Source: Dehalococcoidia bacterium UBA5620 (GTDB taxonomy: Bacteria; Chloroflexota; Dehalococcoidia; GIF9; UBA5629). Taken from it: 64,000 bases of DNA. The first letter of the stretch is position 1; each line of letters starts with the position of its first letter. Of the stretch, positions 26,111 to 36,509 are shown one piece after another. The position numbers and the translations under genes were made by a program. Where the stretch lies: the NCBI GenBank assembly GCA_002423605.1, contig DIKK01000022.1:34882-98881 (forward strand), written 5' to 3'. The notes under the pieces are model-generated. The model was not told the origin of the DNA. It made no database searches and saw only the letters and a list, made by a program, of their open reading frames with translations.

Positions 26111-26326
26111 CACAAAGCCTCCAAGATTCCAAACTAGCATAATTATAACGCAGGACTATCCAGCGGGTCAGATTCATTTGCCATCCCTAGCGGCAAACGT
26201 ATGGCCGTTTACAGAGTATGTAGGTGTGCCGAACATAAACTTTTTCTGGCAATCAAAGGGCGACATGCTCTTTTCAAGCAGATCACGGAGCTCCGGATAG
26301 ACTTTTTCCCACTCCATATTACATCC

Positions 26327-26554
26327 TCATTGGTCTGAGTATAATTTAACTCTTCCCTTTATCCATCCCCAATCTGGATCACCATGGTCAAAGAACGACT
26401 TGAAGTTATCCCTAAGCCACTCGGAAAGATCATCTTCTACATATCGGCAAAAGGTCTCTACCAGAGTCGCTTTTTCAATGTATTTGGGTATTTCCCATTC
26501 TCGTTCCTCAAATTCCCAGTCAAGGAACTCTTTTACAATATCTCTATCAAGCAT
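26327..26554 (-). CDS. Small acidic hypothetical protein (AT-rich patch)
   Basis: 75-aa ORF upstream-adjacent to the EVE-like gene; same AT-rich composition. Confidence 0.4.
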   Translation of the reverse strand: MLDRDIVKEFLDWEFEEREWEIPKYIEKATLVETFCRYVEDDLSEWLRDNFKSFFDHGDPDWGWIKGRVKLYSDQ

Positions 26555-26568
26555 AACTCACCTCCTGA

Positions 26569-27591
26569 CTACACCAACCTATCAAAGATAATCTCTCTGT
26601 CACCAAGACGATATGTGTAACAACTTAATGAGTATATCTTGTCGAAGTGTGCAATTCTATTGAGTACAGCTTCTCTAGCATCCACCTGCTTTCCAAAATC
26701 TCTACCGATAATGATGCCCTTAATCATCTCATGCTTAGCACCCGGTATTAACCTTGCAGTCCACTCGATATATCGAGTAAGTTGGTCAACGAAATACGGA
26801 ACAACCACACCTTTCTTTAGCTCAAAAACTGCAGCACTGAGAGTCAGCCAAATATCCAGCACTTTCTTCTTATATAGACAGGCAATATCTATTGCTCCGC
26901 CGGCTATAAAGGTACTCACCTGATTTAAAACATCAACTTGATATTTGTCATTAGAGAAGTCATTAAAACCAGCAATTTCGTGAAGCCTCCACGGATTCAT
27001 AAGAAGATAGGCCTCTAGATAGGCCTCCATGTTCAATTCCTGAACATCTTTGCCTTTAGCCTTCAGGAGATCAAAGGTCTTTTCTTCGAAATGGTGCCCC
27101 CTGTAGGGCGACTTATCTATTCCCGCGACTTGATTCGCCTGTAGCAAGGTCTGCATCAGAAGAACACCTTCCTGGTAAAGCAAGGTGTATACTGCCTTGT
27201 CTATTAAGGCTGAACTGTCAACAATGGATTTGATTTTACCCTCTTCTCTTAGATCCCAAAAAGCCTGAACTGGTACGGGATTTAAGCATACGTGTTCGTG
27301 TAGATACTTGATTTTGATACGGAAAGGATATTTGTCCCTGTTGCGATGTTTAGTGTCTGGCGTCCAAATGAGTTGGTCATTAAAGAAAATATCACTTATA
27401 ATTTCAAACGGACCATATATCACGCCCTCGGTTCTGGGTCCGGCCTTACGAGCAGTATAATAAAAAGCTACATCACCTTTCCTGATGTTGGCAAGCTGAT
27501 TCAGGTTTCTTTCACTTACACCAAATAGACCATACTCCAAGCTCTTCGAGAAGTATTTTGGGGAGATCAGTAAATGAAATCTACGTTCCAA
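26569..27591 (-). CDS. EVE/PUA-like domain protein with a C-terminal putative PD-(D/E)xK nuclease fold; candidate modification-dependent restriction enzyme
   Basis: N-terminus matches the EVE pattern (RNLNQLANIRKGDVAFYYTA ... GVIYGPFEIISDIFFND). C-terminus carries AID-x24-ELK. Markedly AT-rich relative to its neighbours. Confidence 0.5.
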   Translation of the reverse strand: MERRFHLLISPKYFSKSLEYGLFGVSERNLNQLANIRKGDVAFYYTARKAGPRTEGVIYGPFEIISDIFFNDQLIWTPDTKHRNRDKYPFRIKIKYLHEHVCLNPVPVQAFWDLREEGKIKSIVDSSALIDKAVYTLLYQEGVLLMQTLLQANQVAGIDKSPYRGHHFEEKTFDLLKAKGKDVQELNMEAYLEAYLLMNPWRLHEIAGFNDFSNDKYQVDVLNQVSTFIAGGAIDIACLYKKKVLDIWLTLSAAVFELKKGVVVPYFVDQLTRYIEWTARLIPGAKHEMIKGIIIGRDFGKQVDAREAVLNRIAHFDKIYSLSCYTYRLGDREIIFDRLV

Positions 27592-27676
27592 ATTTCACCC
27601 CCTATGCCAGAACTCGCTTTTCATAATCGAATGACTAATGCGTTGAATTTTGTCGAAGCGCTACCATTTTGCGATT

Positions 27677-29695
27677 TTACCTTAACTTCAGCTGCGCCTT
27701 AAGCGCCTCCGGCGTGGTGGTGGGGGCCTGGCAGGCGTTGTTCTGGCAGACGTAGGCCGTGGGTTTGCCGTTGAGCATCTCGCGGTTCTGTAGAAGCCTT
27801 AAGCCTGCCATCCGGGTAGAATCTGCGGGTTCATAGCAGGCAACTACCTTGTTGGGCAGCCACATGCTATACAGAGCCTCCAGGAGCTTTCTGGTGTCGG
27901 AGTCACTCCTGCTGCCGATAACGGCAATCTCTTTGGTATCTGATAAATAAAAGTCCAGGGCGCAGAGCCAGTTGCCAGCGGCAAACGGCTGGCGTCCCAT
28001 CAGCTCCTGCACCGACCTCAAGGAATGCTCTGCCACCTGTTGAAACCTGGCTTCTCCGGTCAACGCAGCCAGCTTGAGCAAAACAAAGGTGGCTGCAGAG
28101 GAACCGCAGGGTGCCGATGAGTCGAATATATGGCGGGGACGGACAAAAAGCTGCTGGTGACCATCCTCGGTATCATAGAAAACGCCGGCGCTGTTGTCCC
28201 AGAAGCGGTCAACCATGACATTCGCCAGCTTGATGGCTCGCCTCAGCCAATCTCCCTTGAACGTAGCCTGGTGCAGCATCACCAGACCTTCTATAATCAG
28301 CGCATAGTCATCGAGGTAGCCCTGTATCCGCGCTTTGCCGTCTTTGTACACGTGCTTTACATGTCCATCATGAACCATGTGCTTGACCAGGAATTCGCCA
28401 CTCTCCACGGCGGCAGCCAGGTAGTCCTTGCGTTCCAAAACGCAGGCAGCTTCAGCCAAACTGGCTAACATCAACCCGTTCCATGAAGCCAAGATTTTCT
28501 CGTCCAACGCCGGCTTGATTCTCCCCTCCCGCGCCTTCAACAAGGCTTCTTTTGCATTAGCTATCGGGCCTGACACCGCTATATCGGGGCTGGTGACATG
28601 CAGGATGTTCCCTCCTTCGAAATTGCCAGTGGTGGTAACGCCGAAATAGGGTAATACCTTGGAAGCATCGTCCTTGCCCAATACCTTGGTGATTTCCTGC
28701 TCCGTCCATAGGTAGTATTTGCCCTCGATGCCTTCGCTATCGGCGTCCTGGGTGCTATAGAATCCGCCTTTCTTATCGGTCATCTCACGGAGCACATAAT
28801 TCAGCGTCTCCTCCGCGACAACTCGATATAAGGGTTTACCTGTTTGCATATAGGCATGGAGATATAGTTGACTGAGCAGCGCCTGGTCATAGAGCATCTT
28901 CTCAAAATGGGGCACCAGCCAGTGCTGGTCGGTGGAATAGCGATGGAAGCCGCCGCCCACATGGTCATAGATGCCTCCCCTGGCTATTCTGCCCAGCGAT
29001 AGTTCCACCATCTCCAGCGAGGTTTCAATCTTGCTGCGCAGGTAATACCGCATGAGAAACTCCAGCGCCATTGGCTGGGGAAACTTGGGCGTGGTGCCGA
29101 AGCCACCATTGCGCTCATCGAAGCTTCTCTTAAGAATTACTTGTGCCTGTCTGATAGTGTCCGCTGTCACCATCTCATCGGTGGAACGGGCTTGCATGGT
29201 TGCCGATACCAATGCCACAATTCTGGCTGTTGTTTTATTGACATCATCACGTTGATTACGATAGGCATCTGCCACCGATGTGAGAACGCCGGGAAAGCCG
29301 GGCAGGCCATGCCTGTCCTCGGGCGGGAAATAAGTACCGCCATAGAAAGGTTTGCCATCCGGCGTCAGGAACATGGTAAGCGGCCAGCCGCCTCTGCCGG
29401 TCATAGCTTGCACCGCTTCCATGTAAACGCTATCGAGGTCAGGATGTTCTTCCCTGTCCACCTTGATGCTGATGAAGTTCTGATTTATTAGTTCGGCGAT
29501 TTCAGGGTTCTCGAAGCACTCGTGCGCCATGACATGGCACCAGTGGCATGCCGAATAACCGATGCTCAGCAATATGGGCTTATCTTCAACCTTGGCACGG
29601 AGGAACGCTTCTTCGCACCAGGGATACCATTCCACCGGATTATCGGCGTGTTGTAGTAGATAGGGACTTGTCTCTTTAGCCAGGGGGTTAGACAT
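27677..29695 (-). CDS. Thioredoxin-domain protein, YyaL/DUF255 family (thioredoxin-like N-domain plus six-hairpin glycosidase-like domain)
   Basis: [17 protein letters not shown]...[13 protein letters not shown]. Confidence 0.8.
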   Translation of the reverse strand: MSNPLAKETSPYLLQHADNPVEWYPWCEEAFLRAKVEDKPILLSIGYSACHWCHVMAHECFENPEIAELINQNFISIKVDREEHPDLDSVYMEAVQAMTGRGGWPLTMFLTPDGKPFYGGTYFPPEDRHGLPGFPGVLTSVADAYRNQRDDVNKTTARIVALVSATMQARSTDEMVTADTIRQAQVILKRSFDERNGGFGTTPKFPQPMALEFLMRYYLRSKIETSLEMVELSLGRIARGGIYDHVGGGFHRYSTDQHWLVPHFEKMLYDQALLSQLYLHAYMQTGKPLYRVVAEETLNYVLREMTDKKGGFYSTQDADSEGIEGKYYLWTEQEITKVLGKDDASKVLPYFGVTTTGNFEGGNILHVTSPDIAVSGPIANAKEALLKAREGRIKPALDEKILASWNGLMLASLAEAACVLERKDYLAAAVESGEFLVKHMVHDGHVKHVYKDGKARIQGYLDDYALIIEGLVMLHQATFKGDWLRRAIKLANVMVDRFWDNSAGVFYDTEDGHQQLFVRPRHIFDSSAPCGSSAATFVLLKLAALTGEARFQQVAEHSLRSVQELMGRQPFAAGNWLCALDFYLSDTKEIAVIGSRSDSDTRKLLEALYSMWLPNKVVACYEPADSTRMAGLRLLQNREMLNGKPTAYVCQNNACQAPTTTPEALKAQLKLR

Positions 29696-29797
29696 AATGG
29701 CTATATGTTACTACGCCTACTGCCACTTTACCACCCCAGCGCTGGAAATTTTTGACAGCAAGGGCTATAAGCCTATACAATTCTCAAGCCTCAAAGA

Positions 29798-31042
29798 ATG
29801 ACACCGACTCATTACAAGAAAGGACCTTCCCTAATGCATGCTGCTTATAATAGAAACCGATTTTGGTTTATCTTCTTGGTTATTTTGCTCAGCGCCTTAT
29901 CACCGGTAATAAGCTCTACTGTGGCCTTGGCTGACGAGCCTCTAGCCTTTGCCAGCACTCAGCCAACAGACGTATTGGAGGATGTGGAGTATTCCTGGCA
30001 GATAATAATCACAGGAGGGAAGGCACCCTATAGCTGCAACCTCACCGGCGCGCTGCCTCCAGGGCTGTTTCTGAACGCTGCAAGCTTGAGAATATATGGG
30101 AAGCTGCCAAGGGGCGCTGCCGTTGCCAGGTATGCTTTCAACATCAAAGCCGCAGATAGCTCTAACCCTCCCCGTTCCATTGAGTCGCCATTTATTATCA
30201 ATGCCCAGTATAGGTCAAACATCTCTATATCCCCTGCGCTCCCCGGCGAAACGAATGTGTATGTTGATGGCCAATACATGGCCAAGCTGCATGGCGGCGA
30301 GCAAACCAGCAGAATCTTCAATTCAGGAACAAAACATACAATCAGCGTTGATTCTTCTGTCTCAGCTGCCAATGAAGACGGCGTTAGACTGAAGCCGGTT
30401 ACAGACAAGATAGTGATCGATGGGCTTTCGCCTGATGCTGTCTTTGACTATTCCCCTGAGTATGAGATTCGTGTCAAGAGCAACCAGCCAGATATACTTC
30501 CTTTGCCCGGCTCTGGCTGGTATAAAACAGGTGTCCTGCTAGAATCCGCTGCTCCGGCTCAAATTGAAACTAAAGCTGGCACGCAGTATCGTTTTGCTCG
30601 CTGGCTGCTGCCCACGGGTGAGGTGATGGGAGACGCTAAGCTGAACTGGAAAGTAACCAAATCGGGAGATGCGACTGCTGTTTATGACATCTATTATCAA
30701 CTGACAATAAATTCTGAACACTGCGATGTGGAAGGTGATGGCTGGTATAAAGCTGGAGAAAAGGCTAGATGGAGGGTCAACTGCGCTCAATCAGTGCCTG
30801 TGCCCGGATTTTTGGGCCATCTGGGGGTTGAATTAAAAGCTGAGCAAGACACTGGCACTGTGCTCATGGATGCCCCCAAGGAAATAAATATAACCTGGGA
30901 AGCAGACTACTCCAGAATTATTATCCCCGTCGTCACTGGCGTCATCGCCGCAGTTGTTCTGGCCATCATCGGTCTGCTACATGACAGAAGCAAGAAAGTA
31001 GTGGCAAAGATAAAAGAAAAACGTGCCTCCCGCTGGCAGTAG
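29798..31042 (+). CDS. Hypothetical exported protein with C-terminal TM anchor
   Basis: N-terminal signal/TM helix, C-terminal TM helix plus KK-rich tail. Confidence 0.5.
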   Translation: MTPTHYKKGPSLMHAAYNRNRFWFIFLVILLSALSPVISSTVALADEPLAFASTQPTDVLEDVEYSWQIIITGGKAPYSCNLTGALPPGLFLNAASLRIYGKLPRGAAVARYAFNIKAADSSNPPRSIESPFIINAQYRSNISISPALPGETNVYVDGQYMAKLHGGEQTSRIFNSGTKHTISVDSSVSAANEDGVRLKPVTDKIVIDGLSPDAVFDYSPEYEIRVKSNQPDILPLPGSGWYKTGVLLESAAPAQIETKAGTQYRFARWLLPTGEVMGDAKLNWKVTKSGDATAVYDIYYQLTINSEHCDVEGDGWYKAGEKARWRVNCAQSVPVPGFLGHLGVELKAEQDTGTVLMDAPKEINITWEADYSRIIIPVVTGVIAAVVLAIIGLLHDRSKKVVAKIKEKRASRWQ

Positions 31043-31046
31043 GGGA

Positions 31047-31289
31047 CTATGTGTTGTTGCGTTTGCCTACACCTTGGTAAATGTGCAAAACTAACAACAC
31101 AACAAACGGCAGCCACAGATAATTATGAATCTGGAAAGATAGTGCCTTACCCAATAGCCCAAAAGTGGCTCCTTCAACGATCCTGAACTGAGTTATGCCC
31201 AATCCGCTGATCATATACAGGATGATAATGACTAACAGCATTACTTGGGTGATCCGCCGAGCCAAGCGTGACTTCAATGCATCACTCAT
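31047..31289 (-). CDS. Small two-TM membrane protein, translationally coupled to the upstream Mo-domain gene
   Basis: 80 aa; its start overlaps the stop of 31289-31954 by 1 nt. Confidence 0.45.
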   Translation of the reverse strand: MSDALKSRLARRITQVMLLVIIILYMISGLGITQFRIVEGATFGLLGKALSFQIHNYLWLPFVVLLVLHIYQGVGKRNNT

Positions 31290-31954
31290 TACTCGAAGAA
31301 GCCCTTATCCAAGTCTCCGCTATTTGAGTATCCTCTTTGTTCCCAATAACCCTTATAATTGACATCGTCAGATAGCTCGATCTGGCTTATCCATTTTATC
31401 CACTTGTAGCCCCATTTGCTCTCTGCCACCAGTTGAAACGGGAAACCTCGTTCCGAAGGAATAACTACGCCATTCATTTTATAGGCCATGATTATGCCAT
31501 TATCCAGGATATATTCGATGGGGAAAGAAGTGGTGTAGCCATCGTAGGCATGGAGAATGACCACCTTGGCATTGGGCAGAGGCTCTGCCTTAGCCAGCAA
31601 GTCTTTTACCAGCACGCCTTCCCAGAGAATCTTTACGCTCCATCCCTCGACGCAGTCCAGCGTCACCAGTTTCTCGTAGCCCTTATAGTTGCTGAGGACA
31701 TCGGTATACTTGTATTCTTCAGGGTTTTGCACCAGCCCGGTTATGCTAAGCCGGTATTTCTTGGCATCAATCTGCTGCGGACCCGCTATTGAATTCTCCC
31801 TGAAATCATTTATGGAGGATAGATTTTCTCCTTGATACTCTTTGACCTCCACCGACGCCAAGCTGCCCGTCGAAGATAGAGCACAGCTACCCGTAGACAG
31901 AAGGACAACAAGAAGGATGCCCACCGAAACTAAAACTCGCAATTTACGCCACAT
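31289..31954 (-). CDS. Sulfite-oxidase-family molybdopterin-binding domain lipoprotein (YedY/MsrP-like)
   Basis: LVTLDCVEGWSVKILWEG (Mo-domain Cys motif). Signal peptide with lipobox STGSC. No twin-arginine motif. Confidence 0.65.
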   Translation of the reverse strand: MWRKLRVLVSVGILLVVLLSTGSCALSSTGSLASVEVKEYQGENLSSINDFRENSIAGPQQIDAKKYRLSITGLVQNPEEYKYTDVLSNYKGYEKLVTLDCVEGWSVKILWEGVLVKDLLAKAEPLPNAKVVILHAYDGYTTSFPIEYILDNGIIMAYKMNGVVIPSERGFPFQLVAESKWGYKWIKWISQIELSDDVNYKGYWEQRGYSNSGDLDKGFFE

Positions 31955-32144
31955 ATGTCACCTCTTCTATGAAGCACATCAATTTAGATTGATTTTAACG
32001 GGTGATGTGGCAATCGTATGTGACTTTTGTCGCTATGTGATGACATAATGTAAATATCGGCCTAAGGAGCAAATGCCGCGCGCGCTTTTTTGACTCCCGA
32101 CTTCTCCGCCCTTTTATTGAATACCCGCTCAAAACATATCCCGA

Positions 32145-32387
32145 TTAAAACGGTATGCCAAAGAAGGCAATTGCCAGGGTGGCATGGAGGAATACCGATG
32201 GCCAGAATATGCACCAGATATAGCAGTGATACTTGCTGAACTTCTGATAAGCACGATATTTCGTTAATTTTCCCATTATTTTGGCGCCAGGGATACACCT
32301 GCAGGAAAATAATATAGCCGCACCCGTAATTAAGTTCAATATACCTAAGATGAATATCAATCTGGCTACTAGTATCGTTTGAAACAT
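32145..32387 (-). CDS. Small two-TM membrane protein, His/Cys-rich
   Basis: 80 aa, between the DOMON and Mo-domain genes on the same strand. Confidence 0.4.
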   Translation of the reverse strand: MFQTILVARLIFILGILNLITGAAILFSCRCIPGAKIMGKLTKYRAYQKFSKYHCYIWCIFWPSVFLHATLAIAFFGIPF

Positions 32388-32422
32388 GCTTCCTCCTGCG
32401 CCATCAAAAGACTACCAGGTAA

Positions 32423-33058
32423 TTAAAGGGTTATTTCACCATAGCCACGGTTAACGTGTTTGGATGTTGCTGTATCATCCGGGCCATAGGACCACAGTAT
32501 CTGGTTCTTCCCCTTAGCAAGCGGATTATCGTACTTATCGCCGGTATCGAGCTTGCGCTTGAATTCGATGGTGGTATATCCACCTTCCTCTTTGCCAGCG
32601 AACTCAAGTATATCATTGGTTCCGCCAAGCTCCGTATCCTGGGGATGGGGACCAAAATCAACATCGCTGAACTGGTCATATACAGTTGCCTTACCATCCT
32701 TAACAAAGCCGAGCACGATATCGGCGTTCTTCATCCTGGAACCGGGCTGAATCGCCATTGCCACCCAGCCAGTGGTTTTAGCTTTCATGCCGATGTAAAT
32801 GTATTGCCCATCGCTGAGCCAGCTTAGCTCACAGTCAGTATAGCTCTGCATGCCGGCATATTCGCCGGGTTGGATAACACCATCTGCCGACCAGCTTACT
32901 GCTGATGCCGTCTGCGCAGGCAGTGGAGGGGCCGGCGCTGGTGTCGGCGAAGGAACCGCCGGTTGAACACACGACATAAGGAAAGCCAGGGACAGCATCA
33001 TAATTAAAGAAAATCCTATCAGGAATCTAGCTGCCATTTTGCTGGCGACTTGTCTCAA
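32423..33058 (-). CDS. DOMON-like domain lipoprotein
   Basis: Lipobox LMSC, Pro-rich linker, then a beta-rich domain consistent with DOMON/heme-binding folds (tentative). Confidence 0.45.
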   Translation of the reverse strand: MRQVASKMAARFLIGFSLIMMLSLAFLMSCVQPAVPSPTPAPAPPLPAQTASAVSWSADGVIQPGEYAGMQSYTDCELSWLSDGQYIYIGMKAKTTGWVAMAIQPGSRMKNADIVLGFVKDGKATVYDQFSDVDFGPHPQDTELGGTNDILEFAGKEEGGYTTIEFKRKLDTGDKYDNPLAKGKNQILWSYGPDDTATSKHVNRGYGEITL

Positions 33059-33068
33059 GTGATTTACC

Positions 33069-33497
33069 TCACGTCTTTTTGCCGATTTTAACGGCGTGAT
33101 TTTGACCGCTTAAGTTTATAAGCTGCTTGCGCATACACTTGCCCATAACGACCAGCAGGCCGGCATCCTTGGCCCGGGCTGCTGCTTCTTCGTTTACGAT
33201 TCCTTCTTGCATCCAAACTGCCTTGACGCCGATCTCGATAGCCTGGCCAATGATAGGCATCACCTGGTCTGGCTTGCGAAAAATATCTACCACCTCAACC
33301 TCCCCCGGTATAGAAAGAAGGTCGGGATAGCTGGTTTTGCCCATTACCTCCTGCTCGTTCGGATTCACCGGAATCACATTGTAGCCCTGCAGGGTTAGAT
33401 AAGAAAAAACCCTGAAGCTGGGATGTTCCTCGTTGGACGATACGCCTACCATGGCCACATTGTGGTAGTTTTTTAATATAGTTTCTTCTGGGCTCAT
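33069..33497 (-). CDS. CoA-binding domain protein (YccU family)
   Basis: NVAMVGVSSNEEHPSFRVFSYLTLQGYNVIPVNP. Confidence 0.7.
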   Translation of the reverse strand: MSPEETILKNYHNVAMVGVSSNEEHPSFRVFSYLTLQGYNVIPVNPNEQEVMGKTSYPDLLSIPGEVEVVDIFRKPDQVMPIIGQAIEIGVKAVWMQEGIVNEEAAARAKDAGLLVVMGKCMRKQLINLSGQNHAVKIGKKT

Positions 33498-33511
33498 AAT
33501 TCAGCCGGCAC

Positions 33512-34366
33512 CTACAAAAACTCATCCAGCAATTTCTCCACTCTGGTAGGTTCGATTGGCTGTTTCACCAGCGCTCCTTTCTGCAAAGCCGGCAACTGCT
33601 CCTCAAATGTAGGGGATTCTTTGTTATAAATAATCCCGATGGGTATGCGGTCGCCCCATTCCTGTGCTTTCTGAAAAGCCTTCAGCTTATCACCCGGGTC
33701 ATAGCCAGCATCCTGCTCCAGCTTGTATACTCTCTCCTGATACCAGCTATAGGTATTTTTATGGTTGAATGTAACGCATGGCTGCAAAATGTCGATCAGG
33801 GCAAAACCCTTGTGCCTGATGCCCGCTATTATCAGGTTAGCCAGATGTTCTATGTCACCGGCAAACCCCCTGGCCACAAAGCCGGCACCGGCGGCTATGG
33901 CTATTGCCATAGGATTAAGCGGCACACCCGCTCCTTCCAGCGTTGTCTTGGTGACAAAGCCGAGGTCGCTGGTGGGAGACGCCTGCCCCTTAGTTAGGCT
34001 ATATATCTGGTTATCATGCACCAGATAGGTTATATCGTGGTTACGCCGCATGGCATGGAGAAAGTGATTTCCACCCTCGGCATAGCCGTCACCATCGCCA
34101 CCCACAGCGATGACAAAAAGCTCCTGATTGGCTATCTTGGCTCCTGCTGCCGAGGGCAATGCCCTGCCGTGAAGAACATTGAGCACATTGCACCTGGTAT
34201 AGTGGGGCAGCTTGCCAGCCTGCCCTATGCCAGAGACCATGAGGACCTGGTGTGGTTTAATACTGAGGCCAACCAGTGCCTGGTTAACGGCGCGTAAGAT
34301 GCCGAAGTTGCCGCAACCGGGACACCATGCCGTGGGGCCGCCTACGTAATCATCCATTGTTATCAT
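33512..34366 (-). CDS. korB: 2-oxoacid:ferredoxin oxidoreductase, beta (TPP-binding) subunit
   Basis: WCPGCGNFGIL ... GGDGDGYAEG TPP motif. Confidence 0.85.
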   Translation of the reverse strand: MITMDDYVGGPTAWCPGCGNFGILRAVNQALVGLSIKPHQVLMVSGIGQAGKLPHYTRCNVLNVLHGRALPSAAGAKIANQELFVIAVGGDGDGYAEGGNHFLHAMRRNHDITYLVHDNQIYSLTKGQASPTSDLGFVTKTTLEGAGVPLNPMAIAIAAGAGFVARGFAGDIEHLANLIIAGIRHKGFALIDILQPCVTFNHKNTYSWYQERVYKLEQDAGYDPGDKLKAFQKAQEWGDRIPIGIIYNKESPTFEEQLPALQKGALVKQPIEPTRVEKLLDEFL

Positions 34367-34367
34367 C

Positions 34368-36077
34368 TCAACATCCCCTCTTTTTCACCTGTTCCACAAT
34401 CTGCGACGGCGTAAAGGGACGACCGTCGAACTTCAATATCTTATCATCGACTTCTTTGCCTGTCTCCGACCGGATAAGGCGAGCCAATTGTCCCGTGGCA
34501 TTGTTTTCCACTACGTAGTTGTTCTTCGAACTGGATAGGACATCGGCAACAGCCTCGGCAGGGAATGGCCATATCTCGCTCAGGTGAAGCAGATTGACAC
34601 TGGTTTTTTCCTTTCGCAAGATGTCAATGGCTTCACGCAAAGCTCCGTAGGTGCTGCCCCAGCCTATCAGCGTATTATCTGCTCTTTCAGTACCATATAG
34701 TCTGGGAGGAGCGATGTCTTGTTTCAAACCGAAGAGCTTGCGCAGCCGCTTTTGTACCATCCGTGTCCTGGTCTCAGCGTCCTCGATGATATGACCTACC
34801 TCGTTATGTTCATCGGCATCTGCTACCACCAACGCACCCTCCTGTCCTGGAAACGCCCTGGGTGAGATGCCCGAATCTGTTATTTTATAACGCAGGTACT
34901 CACCTGATATACCAGAAAAGAGGAGCCCTCTATCGATAGTTACCTTGGAAACGTTGAAACGTTCTACCGTGGCGTATGAACTGGCAAGGTAGTGGTCGGT
35001 AAGCATAATGACCGGCAGTTGGTATTTTTCTGCCAGATTGAATGCTTTTACTGTGAGCCAGAAGGCGTCTTCGACGTTGGCTGGAGCCAGCACAGCCCGC
35101 GGGAAATCACCATGGTGTGCATGAAGCACGAACTGGAGGTCGCCCTGCTCTGTCCGCGTAGGCAATCCGACGGCTGGGCCAGATCTTTGACCATCCACGA
35201 TAACCACCGGCGTCTCAGTGATTCCTGCCAATCCCAGACCTTCTACCATAAGGCAGAAGCCGCTGCCGGAGGTAGCTGTCATAGCCCTGGCGCCGGCATA
35301 GCCCGCGCCGACTATCATGTTTATCGCCGCTATCTCATCCTCCGGCTGTACTACCACCAGGTCGAATTCCCTGGCTTTAGCCTCCAGATATTCCATGATA
35401 GGAGTGGATGGCGTCATGGGATAGGCGGCTATGAATTTGCAGCCGGCTGCTATGGCGCCAAGGGCTATAGCTTCATTCCCATTCAGCAGCATACGCTTTG
35501 AATCGCCCAGGGGACTGATGCGCTGGTTGAAGATACCCTTGAAATTACGCTGGGTATAGTCATAACCTGCTCTAGCTGCTCTGGCATTGTCCTCTCCTGC
35601 TTCCTCAGCGCCGAAGTGGTCACGCAAGACCTTTTCAATTATCCCAAAATCGTATCCCACCAACCCCAGAGCGGCAGCAAGAGCTACAGTGTTAGCCATC
35701 ACCTTGTTCCCAGTCCTCTCCTCAGCTATGCTAGCCAGTGGTACTCCAAACAGATTGCCTCCAGTACTTATATCCTTGACCGACTCAGCATCAAACACTA
35801 TTACGCCATCGTTGGTCACCTCTTTCCGATGCAAGTCAATGCTTTCCTTGTTCAAAGCAATCAAGACATCGACCGGCTCGGCGGCGGCCATAACCTGCGA
35901 TTCCTTCACCCTGACACGGAAGAAGTTGTGGCCGCCCCTCACCCTGGACTCATAGTCCTGGTCAGCAAAAACGTGGTAACCACTACGAGCGAAGACTTTA
36001 GCCAGAAGGAAACCTACCGACTGGACTCCCTGACCGGCTTCTCCTCCAACCATAAAATTGATGTTATGAGTCATCAC
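34368..36077 (-). CDS. korA: 2-oxoacid:ferredoxin oxidoreductase, fused gamma-alpha subunit
   Basis: 569 aa: gamma-like N-domain (GGEAGQGVQS) fused to alpha (pyruvate-flavodoxin oxidoreductase N-domain). Start overlaps korB. Confidence 0.85.
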   Translation of the reverse strand: MMTHNINFMVGGEAGQGVQSVGFLLAKVFARSGYHVFADQDYESRVRGGHNFFRVRVKESQVMAAAEPVDVLIALNKESIDLHRKEVTNDGVIVFDAESVKDISTGGNLFGVPLASIAEERTGNKVMANTVALAAALGLVGYDFGIIEKVLRDHFGAEEAGEDNARAARAGYDYTQRNFKGIFNQRISPLGDSKRMLLNGNEAIALGAIAAGCKFIAAYPMTPSTPIMEYLEAKAREFDLVVVQPEDEIAAINMIVGAGYAGARAMTATSGSGFCLMVEGLGLAGITETPVVIVDGQRSGPAVGLPTRTEQGDLQFVLHAHHGDFPRAVLAPANVEDAFWLTVKAFNLAEKYQLPVIMLTDHYLASSYATVERFNVSKVTIDRGLLFSGISGEYLRYKITDSGISPRAFPGQEGALVVADADEHNEVGHIIEDAETRTRMVQKRLRKLFGLKQDIAPPRLYGTERADNTLIGWGSTYGALREAIDILRKEKTSVNLLHLSEIWPFPAEAVADVLSSSKNNYVVENNATGQLARLIRSETGKEVDDKILKFDGRPFTPSQIVEQVKKRGC

Positions 36078-36108
36078 ATCTCCCTATACCCATTTTTGAT
36101 AAAGATGC

Positions 36109-36459
36109 CTAAATCTCTGCCAGTATGGAGTCGCCCTCGACTTTGACCTTGTAGACGCCAAGCTGCTTAGACCCTTTTAGAACCTTAATTGTGGCAGAGA
36201 GGACACCGGAGCCTCTCAACCACCTGGACACATGCCCATCTTTGAGGTCGAACTGTGATCCGTGAAGCGGGCAGGTGACCACCGTGCCCTCCAGCTTGCC
36301 TTGCGCTAACCTGCCACCCATGTGAAGACAACGGCCATCAGCAACATAGTATTTGCCCCCGGCCATAGCCAGCAGAAACTCATGCCCCTGCACCTTCACC
36401 TCCTTCATTGTCCCATCAGTAAGCTCACCAACCTTGGCGATTGAGATAAAGCTACTCAT
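36109..36459 (-). CDS. Rieske [2Fe-2S] domain protein
   Basis: CLHMGGRL...CPLHGSQF (CxH...CxxH). Confidence 0.75.
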   Translation of the reverse strand: MSSFISIAKVGELTDGTMKEVKVQGHEFLLAMAGGKYYVADGRCLHMGGRLAQGKLEGTVVTCPLHGSQFDLKDGHVSRWLRGSGVLSATIKVLKGSKQLGVYKVKVEGDSILAEI

Positions 36460-36509
36460 AACCTACCTCCAAGCTAAATGTATGTTGACAAAAATTATAA
36501 GAAACCCGA

